Shown here: positions 1 to 14,696 of the stretch, in pieces
How the letters are laid out: every line of letters begins with the position of its first letter
Numbering within the stretch: the stretch's first letter is position 1
Assembly: GCF_964213995.1 (NCBI RefSeq)
Contig: NW_027590275.1
Location: forward strand, 310,001-374,000
Reading direction: 5' to 3'
From: Mustelus asterias
Lineage: Eukaryota
Length of the DNA stretch: 64,000 nt
Made by a program: the position numbers and the translations under genes
The notes under the pieces: model-generated
The model's database searches: none
What the model was told of the DNA's origin: nothing
What the model saw: the letters and a program-made list of their open reading frames with translations, nothing else

Positions 1-252
1 AAGGAAGACTAACCGGTCTATAATTACCAGGGTCATTTCTATTCCCTTTCTTAAACAGAGGAACAACATTCGCCATTCTCCAGTCCTCTGGCCCCATCCC
101 CGTGGACAGCGAGGACCCAAAGATCAAAGCCAAAGGCTCTGCAATCTCATCCCTTGCCTCCCAAAGAATCCTAGGATACATTTAATCAGGCCCAGGGGAC
201 TTAACGACCTTCAGTTTATTCAAAACTGCCAGGACATCCTCCCTCCGAACAT
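1..252 (-). mobile_element. CR1 LINE ORF2 (RT) fragment, runs off window start
   Basis: Nearly identical to 10234-10476 of the large CR1 copy (GNYRPVSL region). Confidence 0.85.
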
Positions 253-1205
253 CTCAGGGGAGAATATGCAAACTCCACAAAGACAGGCGTCCGAGGCCGG
301 AAACGAACCTGGGTCCATGGCATTGTGAGGCAGCTGTCTAACCATTGTGTTGCCTGTTCTTGCAGTGTACTTCACAAATGGTGCACACTGTGTGTGAATG
401 GTTGAGGGAGTAAATGCTGAAGCTGATGAATGGTTTGCAAGTGAAACCACAAACTAGATTTGTTTCTGAGATTCTTTGGTGTTGTTGGAGGTGCACTGAC
501 CCGTGAGTGGAGAGTATTCCATCCCTTACCTAAATGTGGAATTCAATTGTGGAATGCCTTTTGGAAAATAGGAGGTCAGTCACTAGCTATGGACATGCTC
601 TGTTCTATTTTTAAAGCCACAGTCATATTGTGACAGGGTACAAGAAATACCTTGTACCCATTTATCGTTAATGACAGTCACAGAATGATGACCATGCTAA
701 AGCATAATTAGAAGATAAGAAATTGGAGCAAGAGTAGGCCATTCAGCTCTTCGAGTCCACATTGCCATACAGTGAGATCATGACTGATTTTCCACTTCAA
801 CACCATTTTCCTGAACTATCCCCGTAACCCTTGGTGTTTTTGACATGTCGAAATCTATCAATCTCACTCTTGAACATATTTAATGATTAAATCTCCTCAT
901 ATCTCTGCGCATTGCATTCAATCTACAAAATTGTTGCCCATTCGCTCAGCCTCTTCAAATACACACAAAGAGTCTTTGCCTCCTTTTCACAACTCACACA
1001 TCCACCTTGTTTGTGACAGCTACCAATTTGGAAATATTACCTTTAATCCCAAATCATTGATACATAGATTGGAAATAGCAGTGGCCCAAACACTGATCCT
1101 TGTGGTAGCCCACTTGTCATAGCCTGCTAACTTGAAAATGACCCATTTGTTCCTACTCTCAGTTCTCTGTCCATCAGCTCGTTCTCAGTCTATTCCAGGA
1201 TATTC

Positions 1206-1322
1206 TCTCCCCCAGCCCCCTCCTCCCCAGCCCCCTCCAACCCCCCCCCCCCCCAGCCCCCTCCACCCCCCCAGCCCCCTCCTCCCCCAAGCCCCCAGCC
1301 ACCCCCCCCCCCCCCCCCCCCC
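1206..1322. repeat. C-rich low-complexity tract (G-quadruplex potential on minus strand)
   Basis: Runs of C broken by AG/T, including a homopolymer of about 20 C. Confidence 0.8.
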
Positions 1323-1740
1323 ATTCCACGTGCTCTCATTTTCTTTATTTGCCTCTGGTGTGGAACCGTATCAAGGCTTGTAGCCAGTAATATCCAATTC
1401 TAATTCCACTTCTTCTTGCAGTCAGCTTTTTGTTTTAGCAACAATGTCAATGTGGCTGTTGCTCATCAAACTTATTCCCCTTCCACACGCCCAGATATTG
1501 TACACTGCCAGCTCCCGGTGATGGACGGAAGTAAAGCAGAGGAAGGGGAAATGTATGAACAGTATCAGCAGTCTGATAGAGTGATGTGGGATTAGCAGCA
1601 GAGAGAATGCGCTGGTGCGGCAGAGGGAGTGAGAGAGTCAGGGGGTTGGGTGGATCGGGGCGGACAAGGGGAAAGGACGGATTGACAACAGACTGGTTAC
1701 TGCCCAAATCCACAAACTATGTGTTTGTGTCTCTGAACTA

Positions 1741-1850
1741 ACCAATCAGAGAGAGAGCGTTACGAATTGACATCACTGTGAATGGGCCAATGGGGAACGG
1801 GGCTTTCAGCCATCCTTCATTAGCATAGGCCTCTGCTTTGGTCTATAAAA
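1741..1850 (+). promoter_or_regulatory. H2B promoter: two CCAAT boxes, octamer-like ATTAGCAT, TATA
   Basis: CCAAT at 1742 and 1787, ATTAGCAT 1819-1826, TATAAAA 1844-1850, as in vertebrate H2B promoters. Confidence 0.75.
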
Positions 1851-1902
1851 GAGGAGTTCCGAGCGCGACTTAGTGATTCTGTGTCTGAAATTAACTGTGA
1901 GG

Positions 1903-2277
1903 ATGGTTGATGAGAAGAAAGCAGCTCCGAAGAAGGGGGCGAAGAAAGTGATTAAGAAACCGGTAGTAAAGGGCGGCAAGAAGCGGCGAAAGTCGAGGAA
2001 GGAGAGTTACTCCATCTACATCTACAAAGTGATGAAGCAGGTTCACCCCGACACCGGCATCTCCTCCAAGGCCATGAGCATCATGAACTCGTTCGTGAAC
2101 GATATTTTCGAGCGCATCGCGGGTGAGGCTTCCCGCCTGGCCCATTACAACAAGCGCAGCACCATCAGCTCCCGGGAGATCCAGACCGCCGTGCGCCTGC
2201 TGCTGCCCGGGGAACTGGCCAAGCACGCCGTGTCGGAAGGGACAAAGGCGGTGACCAAGTACACCAGCTCCAAGTAA
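1903..2277 (+). CDS. H2B: Histone H2B (replication-dependent), 124 aa
   Basis: MVDEKK...[27 protein letters not shown]...KYTSSK; real ATG at 1903; followed by stem-loop. Confidence 0.98.
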   Translation: MVDEKKAAPKKGAKKVIKKPVVKGGKKRRKSRKESYSIYIYKVMKQVHPDTGISSKAMSIMNSFVNDIFERIAGEASRLAHYNKRSTISSREIQTAVRLLLPGELAKHAVSEGTKAVTKYTSSK

Positions 2278-2313
2278 AACCCCCCATGGACTGAATAACA
2301 TCCCAAACACAAC

Positions 2314-2355
2314 GGCTCTTTTAAGAGCCACTCACAATCTCCCTGAAAAAGCTGT
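2314..2355 (+). promoter_or_regulatory. Histone 3' stem-loop and HDE
   Basis: GGCTCTTTTAAGAGCC at 2314-2329, then purine-rich GAAAAAGCTG. Confidence 0.95.
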
Positions 2356-3376
2356 ATCATCCATTTAGTTTCAATTAATCTTTCACTCTGACGCGTCTCG
2401 AACAATCTAATTGTTGTTTTTACTGTTGATCAATGATAGGTACTGAGTAATGCAAGTTGATCGCCCAGCGTCTGATTAATAATGTTTCATTAATTAATTA
2501 ATTGGTTTCCGACCGCCTCTGCACTTAGATCTCAGAGGCCCGTTTCCCCGACTTTAGAGAGGGAGAGAGAGAGAGAGAGCTAATGGAGCAAATGTGTCAG
2601 CTTCCAATTCTGTTCCAGTTTGGTCTTAATAATCGATCAGTTTATTCCCTATCAGCCCCGGTTGTGCAGGAACCTCAGTCTCGGCACTGGTCAATTTACA
2701 CCGAAAATGTTCACTCCCCTCTTGATTCTCACGAATATGGAGAACATCCCGTCCGTTTACAGAACGATGTCAATGAGACTTTCTGGCGGCGAGTTCGAGT
2801 TTTAAAAAGGGCCGAGATTAACGCCGAATGGATCCAGGATTCTAAAAGCAAATCTGCAACTTGGGATAAAATGTGAAATGGTGCAAACACAGACTGATGT
2901 TTTAAACACTTTGTTGTTCGACAGTTAATTATTGAGAGATTTTATTTGAAATGTATTTCTTGTTTTATAAATACATCTGCGAACTTTTCAAAAATGAATC
3001 GTGAAAATTTTGTTATTTTCGACTTATTTTCCGAAAAACCCAGGCTGAAAATCAGAAACTGCCAGATACAGGTTAACTATAGACTGGGGACGGAGAGAAA
3101 GGGAGATTCTTACATTACTCAAAATTAATTAACCATTACCTATTCGTATAATTTTCGAAACTCTTGTTCTTTCCGCTTTGGCGGCTTTTACAGTTTGAAA
3201 TGAAATCGGTTGGAATCTGAGATTTTGGCGCCGTTATTTTCCGCCCTCACTCCGTGGGCTCTCCGGATTGGTGAGTTAAGCAGATTTCTGATTGGTCATA
3301 TGAACAAGATGCTGAGAGGCAGCAACAAAGTGACCAATCAGCAATGTCCGCACCTCCATTCCTCCCGGAGCTATAA

Positions 3377-3826
<450 letters not shown>

Positions 3827-5516
3827 AGCGACCATTCTTTAATCTGATGAACCCAAAGGCTCTTTTCAGAGCCACTCACTTTTTCTGGAAAAGGGCGATC
3901 TATTGTTTGCCCCTCAGATGCTGCGCTGCTATTCACAGTCCAGCTGTTTCCCGCTTTGTTTTATCAATCCGGAGTTCCCCCTGTGTACGATAGTAAATAG
4001 ACCCCATCAGTCTCGCAGCAGATAGAGGAATTCATCAGGCGAATACACCATCCACATTACGATAGTATTGTCACAGGCAGTATTTTAATGCATGCAAGTT
4101 GCTGTTTTTTATTAGTAGTTGATATCTGGAACTCGGGTTCTGATTTCAGTTAATCAACAATTTCATCATTTGCGCCGTTTTTTGTGCAGCAAATAACCAT
4201 CTGTGCAAACTAAGACTTTATTCCATTCTTACACAGATTGTTACAGGTACAGAGAGGATTTGAAGTCTATCTTCCTCCACTTAGTGCGTTAGACTCGATC
4301 TCTGTCCCTTTTCTCTCAAGCCCATTCAGATTTAACACATAAACTCACAGGTTCGGTGAAAGGGCTGCTTCCTGGCAGCAGGGAGTCAGAGATGGAGTTA
4401 TTGTCACGGTGGATTGATCTGTTTCTGATGTGTTTACTGATGTTTTCAGTTCCCTCTCCATATTGAGCTCAAGTGAATAATTGAACGACATGGTGTCAGA
4501 ATCAAGGTTTTTATGAATCCTTCAGTTTGCTTCATACCGAGTCTATCCCGGTGCATTATCGACAACAAGGAAGAATTTCGCAGTTGGAGAATGATATATT
4601 TTCCTCTGTCGGATGATCTGGGCGTCGCTCCCGGAACAGAGTAAAGGCGGGAATGAAGAGGTTATTCTCGGGCTGATCTGTTTCTTCCGCAGTTTTCCCA
4701 GAGGACGGAATCAGCGAGATTTCTGCACACACAGGACCTAAGTCCATTGCAGCGCTTTAAGATCTGCCTCCCCCCGGCCCTCCCTATTCTCCAGACACAA
4801 AGCTGCCTGTTCCACCGGCGGGATCGGGCCGGGGATTCTCTCCGCACTTCCCATTGTAACATTCCCGGCCGCTTTCAGGGGATAGGATCAGAAATCAGCC
4901 GTTTCCCTCTGTCCCTGTGAAGCCTGTGTGAAGGGGTTGGTTGGTGATCTCTCTGTTTCTGCTTTTCCACTGAGCTGAGATTTGCTCCGTTTTAAATTGC
5001 GGAACGGGGTCTGATTACCGCGGGTTCTCGATAAGAGATTGAGAAATTTAAACTGTTCCTAAAATAGCGCCAGGATTCTGTGGCGGAAAATACAATAAAC
5101 AGATTATAAAGTGTGAGATTGAAATAGTTTCCTGAACATTAAGGCGTTCGGTTATTTTGTATTTTTCCTGCACTGAAATTGGCGGGCTTTTCCAATTTGA
5201 AAATGTGAACCAATCAAAACCTCCCATTTCTTCTCCCTGGCTCTCCGATTGGTTACGAATCTGATTGAAATGTGAGTGACCAATCAGAGCTCGAGTCTGG
5301 CTGCAGCCTCACAAACCGCTCACAATGATTATTAATAGAGATTAAACTGACGGAATCTGTATCTTCTCTCTCACCTGTACTTGAATTTTAAAATATACTT
5401 TGTTTCCACAGACAAATTATTGAAGGAACGTGAATAAATGTGATGTCTCCTCCACGCAAGTTACAGGGAAGTGAGTCGCCGGCTCCTTCTCACGTTGTCT
5501 CTGACGGAGCTCAGAC

Positions 5517-6752
5517 AGTAAGAAGTCTCACAACACCAGGTTAAAGTCCAACAGGTTTATTTGGCAGCACAAGCTTTTGGAGTCTCAGGCTCCTTCAGGT
5601 GAGTGAGAAGCTGTGTTCACAAACAGGGCACATACAGGCACAAACTCAATTTACAAGATAATGGTAAGAATGCGAGTCTTTACAGGTAATCAAGTCTTAA
5701 AATTACAGACAGTGTAAGTGGAGAGAGGGCCAAGCATTGGTTAAAGAGGTGTGTATTGTCTCCAGCCAGGACAGTTATTCATATTTTGCCCAGGCAAGTT
5801 GTGGGGGTTACAGATAGTGTGACATGATCCCAAGGTCCCGGTTGAGGCCGTCCTCATGTGTGCGGAACTTGGCTATCAGTTTCTGCTCAGTGATTCTGCG
5901 TTGTCATGTGTCATGAAGGCCACCTTGGAGAACGCTTACTCGAAGATCAGAGGTTGAATGCCCATGACTGCTGAAGTGTACCCCGACAGGAAGGAAGCAC
6001 TCCTGCCTGGCGATTGTTGAGCGGTGTTCATTCATCCGTTGTCATAGTGCCGGCATAGTCTCTCCAATGTGCCATGCCTTGGGACATCCTTTCCTGCAGC
6101 GTGTCAGGTAGACAACATTGGCCAACTCGCAAGAATATGTACCATGTACGTGGTGGATGGTGTTCTCATGTGAGATGATGGCATCAGTGTCAATGATCCG
6201 GCACATTTACCGAGGTTGCTGTGGCAGGGTTGTGTGGTGTCGTGGTCAATGTTCTCCTGAATGCTGGGTAATTTGCTGCAGACAATGGTCTGTTTGAGGT
6301 TATGCGATTGTTTGAAGGCGAGAAGTGAGGGTGTGGGGATGGCCTTGGCGAGACGTTCGTCTTCATACTTGACATGTTGAAGGCTCCGGAGAAGATGTCG
6401 TAGCTTCTCCGCTCTGGGGAAGGATTGGACAATGAAGGGTACTCTGTCTATCGTGTCCTGTGTTTGTCTTCTGTGGCACATCGGAACTGTCGATCAATGA
6501 GTCGAGCACCATATCCTGTTGTTATGAGGCATCTTTCAGCGTCTGTAGGTGTCTGTTGCAATACTCCTCATCTGAGCAGATCCTGTGTCTGCAGAGGGCT
6601 TGTCCACAGAGGACGGCTTCTTTAACATGTATAGGATGGAAGCTGGAGAAGTGGAGCATCATGAGGTTATCCATGTGCTTGCGGTACAGTGAAGTGCTGA
6701 GGTGACCGTCCTTGATGGAGATGCGTATGTCCAAGAATGCAACCAATTCCAG
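5517..6752 (-). mobile_element. Penelope-like element, 5'-truncated (RT C-terminus + GIY-YIG + pLTR)
   Basis: Degraded frames FLDIRISIKDGHLSTSLYRK...HFSSFHP and PLLAFKQSHNLKQTIV; 3' end shared with the 38216-39336 element; absent from the paralogous arm. Confidence 0.85.
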
Positions 6753-6878
6753 ACACACAGACATCTTATTAGTTCAACGGTCTCAGAGAGCAGAAATAGT
6801 TGCAGACACATTTTCAATCCATCAATCAAACAGAGCAGGAGAGACAGACATTTTTGTCCATGTGACTCTAAATATCCT

Positions 6879-6961
6879 ACCAGGATGGCCGAGTGGTTAA
6901 GCGGTTGGACTTAAGATCCAATGGACTTATGTCCATGTGCATTTGAACCGCACTCCAATTA
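6879..6961 (+). pseudogene. tRNA-Leu(TAA) pseudogene
   Basis: 5' half ACCAGGATGGCCGAGTGGTTAA...TTGGACTTAAGATCCAA intact; B box and acceptor 3' strand degenerate; paralog of 49322-49404. Confidence 0.8.
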
Positions 6962-6971
6962 AATGGACTTT

Positions 6972-7550
6972 TAACACTACATTCTGCACCCTCTCCTTTT
7001 CTTCTGCTCTATGTGCTGTATGAACTGTCTGCTTTGTCTGTATAGCACGCAAGTAAACAATACTTTTCACTGTAAACCAATACATGTGACAATAATAAAT
7101 CAAATCAAACCCAGTACCATTGATAGTGGGATCCATAAATCCAAGTCCAAATTGACTCCTGCCATCAGATCATCACAGTGTCAATCCCACAATAGAGCAG
7201 CCTTAGCTCCAAATTAAATATATGATAAAACTGACACATGGAATCTAATTAAAAGTTACACAATGAACATTAATAATGTACTCTGAGATTCGACTTAAAT
7301 ACATCACGCAAATCAGGGGTTTTGAATTGACTGTACTAATGGCCACAGTGAATATTCGCAAATACATTTGATACAAATCCAAATCTGAAACACATTCTCA
7401 GATTGAGGTATGATTTGATTTATTATCGTCACATGTATTAGTAAATAGTGAAAAGTATTGTTTCTTGCGTGCTATACAGACAAAACATACCATTCACAGA
7501 GAAGGATAGGAGAGAGTGCAGAATGCAGTGTTACAGTCATAGCTAGGGTG
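6972..7550. mobile_element. Two short Rex1/Babar 3'-end fragments (6972-7110 +, 7412-7550 -)
   Basis: Match the 3' UTR and AATAAATCAAATC tail of the Rex1 copies at 28.9 and 34.4 kb. Confidence 0.7.
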
Positions 7551-7826
7551 CTGAGGCCATCTTCACCGCCCCATATGGAACAGTGTGAGTGAGAGGAAAC
7601 AGAGAGTAGTGGTTAATGGTTGTGTTTCAGACTGGAGGAAGGTTTCTAGTGGAGTTCCCCAGGGCTCGGTTTTAGGAGCCCTGCTCTTCCTGATATATAT
7701 TAATGACACACACCTTGGTGTACAGGACTCAAGCTCAACATTTCCATACGCCACCAATCTTGGAGGCATTGGCAACTGTGAGGAGGAAAGTGGGAAACTT
7801 CAATAAGACACGGGCAGCTTGGTTGA

Positions 7827-8082
7827 ATGGGAGTGGTACAGTGGTTAGCACTGCTGCCTCACTGCGCCAGGGACCCGGGTTCGATTCCTGGCTTAGGTCA
7901 CTGTCGATGCGAAGTCTACACAATCTCCCCATGTCTGCATAGGTTTCCTCTGGTCATTGGTCATGCTAAATGCTCTCTGTGTACCCAAACAGGCGCCAGA
8001 GTGCAGTGACTAGAGAGTTTTCAGAGTAACTTCATGCAGTGTTAATGTAAGCCCTACTTGTGACACAAATAAATAAACTTTA
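7827..8082 (+). mobile_element. tRNA-derived V-SINE subfamily copy
   Basis: A box/B box head (GTGGTTAGCAC...GGGTTCGATTCC), tail ending TAAATAAACTTTA; absent from paralog at 43850. Confidence 0.75.
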
Positions 8083-8700
8083 CAAGTGGCACTGGGGAAT
8101 GTTCCAGCACAGATTGCCCTGTGGCTGTGCCTGGGCAAGTCAGTGTCCTGGATAGAGCACTTTCCGGGGCACAGAGCATTGTTTTTATTAATTCATGTGA
8201 TGTGGGCATCACTGGCTTGTTAGGCCATTTCAGAGGGCACTTAAGAGTCAACCACATTGCTGTGTGTCTGGAGTCGATAGAACCAATGCTCACTTTAACT
8301 CTTTTATTGTCTAAATACCTACGTCTGTAGTAGGGATTGTACTATTGTTTAAATACCTACAGAAACTCTGACTATCCACCTTCATGTTACTGGCTGCTTG
8401 TCATCTTCAGCTTGTTAATTTCCTGATAAACTCAGCATTAAAAATTGTTTGTGGACAATTCAACATTCCCACCATCCTCTATCAAGAAGCTTTTCCTGAA
8501 ATTAAATAAGGGGATCAGGGATTATGGGGAAAAGGCAGAACAGTGGGGATGAGAAAAATATCAGCTATGCTTCATTGGCAGAGCAGACTCAAGTGGCCGA
8601 GTGGCCTAATTCTTATGTCTTATATTCTTATATCTTATGGTCTAAATTATCCCTGAAATATCTCACTCTCATTTTACGGTGAGGTTCCCCCATTCAGAGC

Positions 8701-11700
8701 GAACATAGAACATAGAACAGTGCAGCACAGAACAGGCCCTTCAGCCCACGATGTTGTGCCGAGCTTTATCTGAAACCAAGATCAAGCTATCCCACTCCCT
8801 ATCATCCTGGTGTGCTCCATGTGCCTATCCAATAACCGCTTAAATGTTCCAAAAGTGTCTGACTCCACTATCACTGCAGGCAGTCCATTCCACACCCCAA
8901 CCACTCTCTGCGTAAAGAACCTACCTCTGATATCCTTCCTGTATCTCCCACCACGAACCCTATAGTTATGCCCCCTTGTAATAGCTCCATCCACCCGAGG
9001 AAATAGTCTTTGAACGTTCACTCTATCTATCCCCTTCATCATTTTGTAAACCTCTATTAAGTCTCCCCTCAGCCTCCTCCGCTCCAGAGAGAACAGCCCT
9101 AGCTCCCACAACCTTTCCTCATAAGACCTACCCTCCAAACCAGGCAGCATCCTGGTAAATCTCCTCTGCATTCTTTCCAGCGCTTCCACATCCTTCCTAG
9201 AGTGAGGTGACCAGAACTGCACACAATACTCCAAATGTGGTCTCACCAAGGTCCTGTACAGTTGCAGCATAACCCCACGGCTCTTAAACTCCAACCCCCT
9301 GTTAATAAAAGCTAACACACGATAGGCCTTCTTCACAGCTCTATCCACTTGAGTGGCAACATTTAGAGATCTGTGGATATGAACCCCAAGATCTCTCTGT
9401 TCCTCCACAGTCTTCAGAACCCTACCTTTGACTCTGTAATCCACATTTAAATTAGTCCTACCAAAATGAATCACCTCACATTTATCAGTCCAAAGATGTG
9501 CGGGTTAGGTTGATTGGCCAGGTTAAAAATTGCCCCTTAGAGTCCTGGGATGCGTAGGTTAGAGAGATTAGCGGGTAAATATGTGGGGGTAGGGCCTGGG
9601 TGGGATTGTGGTCGGTGCAGTCTCGATGGGCCGAATGGCCTCCTTCTGCACTGTAGGGTTTCTATGGTTTCAACTCCATTTGCCATTTTTCAGCCCAGCT
9701 TTGCATCCTATCTATGTCTCTTTGCAGCCTACAACAGCCCTCCACCTCAACCACTACTCCACCAATCTTGGTGTCATCAGCAAATTTACTGATCCACCCT
9801 TCAGCCCCCTCCTCTAAGTCATTTGTAAAAATTTACAAAGAGCAGTGGACCAAGCACTGATCCCTGCGGCACTCCGCTAGCAACCTGCCTCCAGTCCGAA
9901 AATTTTCCATCGACCACCACCCTCTGTCTTCGATCAGACAGCCAGTTACCTATCCAATCGGCCAACTTTCCCTCTATCCCACACCTCCTCACTTTCATCA
10001 TAAGCCGACCATGGGGGACCTTATCAAACGCCTTACTAAAATCCATGTATATGACATCAACTGCCCTACCTTCATCAACACACTTAGTTACCTCCTCAAA
10101 AAATTCTATCAAATTTGTGAGGCACGACTTGCCCTTCACGAATCCATGCTGACTATCCCGGATTAATCCGCATCTTTCTAAATGCTCATAAATCCCATCT
10201 CTAAGGACCTTTTCCATCAATTTACCAACCACCGAAGTAAGACTAACCGGTCTATAATTACCAGGGTCATTTCTATTCCCTTTCTTAAACAGAGGAACAA
10301 CATTCGCCATTCTCCAGTCCTCTGGCCCCATCCCCGTGGACAGCGAGGACCCAAAGATCAAAGACAAAGGCTCTGCAATCTCATCCCTTGCCTCCCAAAG
10401 AATCCTCGGATACATTTCATCAGGCCCAGGGGACTTATCGACCTTCAGTTTATTCAAAACTGCCAGGACATCCTCCCATCAAACATCTATTTCCTCCAGC
10501 CTATTCGCCTGTAACACCTTCTCTTCCTCAAAAACATGGCCCCTCTCCTTGGTCAACACTGAAGAAAAGTATTCATTCATCACCTCGCCTATCTCTACTG
10601 ACTCCATACACAAGTTCCTACTACTGTCCTTGACCGGCCCTAACCTCACCCTGGCCATTCTTTTATTCCTCACATCAGAGTAAAAAGCCTTGGGGTTTTC
10701 CTTGATCCGACCCGCCAAGGACTTCTTGTGTCCCCTCCTAGCTCTCCTCAGCCCCTTTTTCAGCTCATTCCTTGCTAACTTGTAACCCTTAATCGAGCCA
10801 TCTGAACCTTGTTTCCTCATCCCTACATAAGCTTCCCTCTTCCTTTTCACAAGACATTCCACCTCTTTCGTGAACCATGGTTCCCTCACTCGGCCATTTC
10901 CTCCCTGCCTGACAGGGACATACCTATCAAGGACATCCAGTATTTGTTCCTTGAAAAAGTTCCACTTTTCATTAGTTCCTTTCCCTGACAGTTTCTGTTC
11001 CCATCTTATGCCCCCTAATTCTTGCCTAATCGCATCATAATTACCTCTCCCCCAATTGTAAACTTTGCCCTGCCGTACGGCCCTATCCCTCGCCATTGCA
11101 ATAACAAAAGACACCGAATTGTGGTCACTATCTCCAAAGTGCTCTCCCACAACCAAATCTAACACTTTGCCCGGTTCATTTCCCAGTACCAAATCCAATG
11201 TGGCCTCACCTCTTGTCGGCCTATCCACATATTGTGTCAGGAAACCCTCCTGTACACACTGCACAAAAACTGCCCCATCCGAACTATTTGACCTACAAAG
11301 GTTCCAATCAATATTTGGAAAGTTAAAGTCCCCCATGACAACTACCCTGTGACCCCCACACATATCCATAATCTGCTTAGCAATTTCTTCCTCCACATCT
11401 CTATTACTATTTGGGGGCCTATAGTAAACTCCTAACAACGTGACCGCTCCTTTCCTATTTCTACCCTCAGCCCATATTACCTCAGTGAGCAGATCCCCCT
11501 CGAAGTGCCTTTCCGCAGCCGTTAAACTATCCTTGATTAACAATGCCACTCCTCCACCTCTTTTACCAGCTTCCCTACACTTAGTGAAACATCTATACCC
11601 CGGAACATCCAGCAACCATTCCTGTCCTTGTTCTACCCACGTCTCCATAATGGCCACAACATCGTAGTCCCAAGTACCAATCCACGCCCCAAGTTCATCT

Positions 11701-12560
11701 ACCTTGTTCCGGATGCTCCTTGCATTGAAGTAGACACACTTCAACCCACCTTCCTGTCTACCGGTACCCACCCTTGACCCTGATACCTTCCCCAATACCT
11801 CACCACCCTCACTGACTTTTGGACTACAACTCCTTTTCCCACTCCCCTGACAAATTAGTTTAAACCCCCCTGAAGAGCCGTAACAAATTTCCCTCCCAGG
11901 ACCTTGGTGCCCCTCTGGTTCAGGTGCACCCTGTCCTGTTTGTACAGGTCCCACCTTCCCCAGAATGTGTTCCAATTATCCACGTATCTGAAACCCTCCC
12001 TCCTACACCATCCCTGCAACCACATGTTTAACTGCACTCTCTCCCTGTTCCTCAACTCGCTATCACGTGGCAACGTACCAGAGATGACCACATGTTTTGT
12101 CTTGGTTCTCAGCTTCCAGCCCAGCTCCAGAAATTCCTGCTTTAAATCCCCGTCCCTTCTCTTACCTATGTCATTGGTACCAATGTGTACCACGACTTGT
12201 GACTGTTTCCCCTCCCCCTTCAGAATCCGGAAAACACGGTCTGAGACGTCACGGACCTTGGCATCCGGTAGGCAACATACCATCCGTGAGTCTCTTTTGC
12301 TGCCACAGAACCTCCTATCTATCCCTCTAACTAACGAGTCCCCAATTACTATTGCCCTCCCGCTCTGCCCCTTACCCTCCCGAGCCACAGAGACGGACAC
12401 AGTGCTGGAGATCCTCTCACTGCGGCTCACCACTGGTATGTCATCCCCCTCAACCGTATCCAAAGCGGAATACTTGTTGCTAAGGGGAACGACCACCGGG
12501 GATCCCTGCACGGACTGCTTTCTCCCAGCCCCTCTCACCGTCACCCATCTGTCTTCATTC
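8701..12560 (-). mobile_element. Near full-length CR1 (HER1-like) LINE: ORF1 esterase, frameshifted ORF2 APE-RT
   Basis: ORF1 IVIGDSLVR (SGNH-type) 11855-12544; APE YFNARSIRNK/GDFN/SDH 10479-11975; RT GVPQGSVLGP 9819-10457; C-terminus 8782-9474; (TTCTATG)n tail. Confidence 0.95.
9486..9670 (+). mobile_element. 5'-truncated HE1-type SINE inserted in CR1 ORF2
   Basis: Matches the 3' half of the SINE at 53366-53703. Confidence 0.85.
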
Positions 12561-12869
12561 TAACAGTTTATCTCTCTGCACCCTATCAAATCATTCACTG
12601 TAAACATCTCACTCACATCACCACTTAATCTTCCATGTTCAGGTTATTACAGGACTAGTCTTTGCAATCTGTCCTCATCATTTGAGTCTGGCATCACTGG
12701 TGAAATTCTGCTGCTCCCACTCCAAGGCCAATCTAATCTTCCTGGGATGAACACAGTGATCTAAATGGGGTCTGAACAGAGTTTTCTGCAACTGTAACAC
12801 AAATTCCAATCCTTCATAGACTATTAGCTTTATTACTTCACCTACCAGTTAATGATGTCTGGACACTGG

Positions 12870-13234
12870 GAGAGGTGATGGCCGAGTGGTATTATCACTG
12901 TGCTATTAATTCAGAAACTCAGCTCATGTTCTGGGGACCCGGGTTCGAATCCTGCCACGGCAGTTGATGGAATTTAAATTTGATCAAAAAATATCTGGAA
13001 TTAAGAATCTACTGCTAACCGTGAAGCTATTGTCGATTGTCAGAAAATCCTATCTGGTTCACTTCCTTTCGGGAGAAAATCTGCCGTCCTTACCCGGTAT
13101 GGCCGTCATGTGACTCCAGAGCCACAGCACTGTGGTTGACTCTCAACTGTCCTCTGAACAAGGGCAACTCAGGATGTGCATTAAATGCTGGCCAGTCAGC
13201 GATGCCCATGTCCCACAAATGAATTTTAAAAAAA
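12870..13234 (+). mobile_element. tRNA-derived SINE, second family (also 43378-43730)
   Basis: TGGCCGAGTGG A box, GGTTCGAATCC B box; tail AAATGCTGGCC...CCCA...TGAAT-A shared with the LINE 3' fragment at 46790-47370. Confidence 0.75.
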
Positions 13235-14246
13235 CACGGCCCTCTGTTCGTCTGCAGTTTCCTGCATCTCGCCACAAACATAACCACTCTGCTCTACGAC
13301 ATCACAAGGACGTTTCAAACTAAATGTGTTCCCAAGGATAATCTGTTTCTGTCACTATGAACTTTTCTCGTTGTTCTTTCAGCCGGTGTAAATCCAGAGA
13401 ATGGAAGGGATGGAGGGAAAAATCTTTCCCGAATCCTATTTGATCATCATTCCAATAACATTTGGGTGAGGAAATCTAATCGTCAGTCTCTGTGAAAAGC
13501 TGTATCCGGCACCTTCCTATTCGATGGTTAGAATGTAAAATGGAATAACTTCGACTGCTGTTTGTGTCTCCTGTCCTGTAAACCAAACACTGACCCAGAA
13601 TTCACTCACTGCCTTCGCTTTGTGCTGAAAACTGTTATTATTCTGTTATTTTCACAGCTCCTAAATGACCTCATTAGCGGCTATTTTTCGCGGTAACGGT
13701 CCCTTCCCTCAATTCCTGAAATGTTCATTGATTCATCATTTTATTCACAGTAATTCTCCGCAGGGTAACATTCCGGAGTGGGATTATTACAGAGCGGAAT
13801 AAGGACAGTGTGCGGACTCGATCCGGCTCCCTGTTTTCTGTGAAGGAGAGTGGGTTCTGATTGAAGACGAAACGGAGTGTTTTCCTTCTGGGAATGCTGT
13901 GAACAGGGATTGATTCCCGCCCGGGACAGTTAGAAAGCGATAGGAGAATGAAGCACATTGAAAGAAAATGTTAAAGCCGCGCCTGCGATTGGTGACGGGA
14001 AGAGCTGAATAAAAGCAAATCAATAGAAGGGATTTGAAATCTCTGACTGAGGGCGACATTGATTTGAATTCGCTCCTTTCCCACAATGAAATTGGCGGGC
14101 TTTTGGAAATGGACAAATTCTCTGCTTCTGCCGGTTGTTGTGGGGAAATCCCGCCCTCTTCTGTTTCCAGTGAGCTGATTGGTGAAGAATATAGGCAAAT
14201 GAGGTGAATAGAGCAGCGGCCAATCAGAGGAGCTGTCAGTTTATAA

Positions 14247-14696
<450 letters not shown>

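Noticed and set aside
1132-1383. Proline-rich 83-aa ORF with apparent signal peptide
   Set aside because: Produced by a poly-C tract within a decayed CR1 fragment; non-ATG start.
13484-13507. HDE-like relic of a lost H2B upstream of the central H2A
   Set aside because: Resembles 2334-2358 but has no stem-loop or coding remnant; too short to call.
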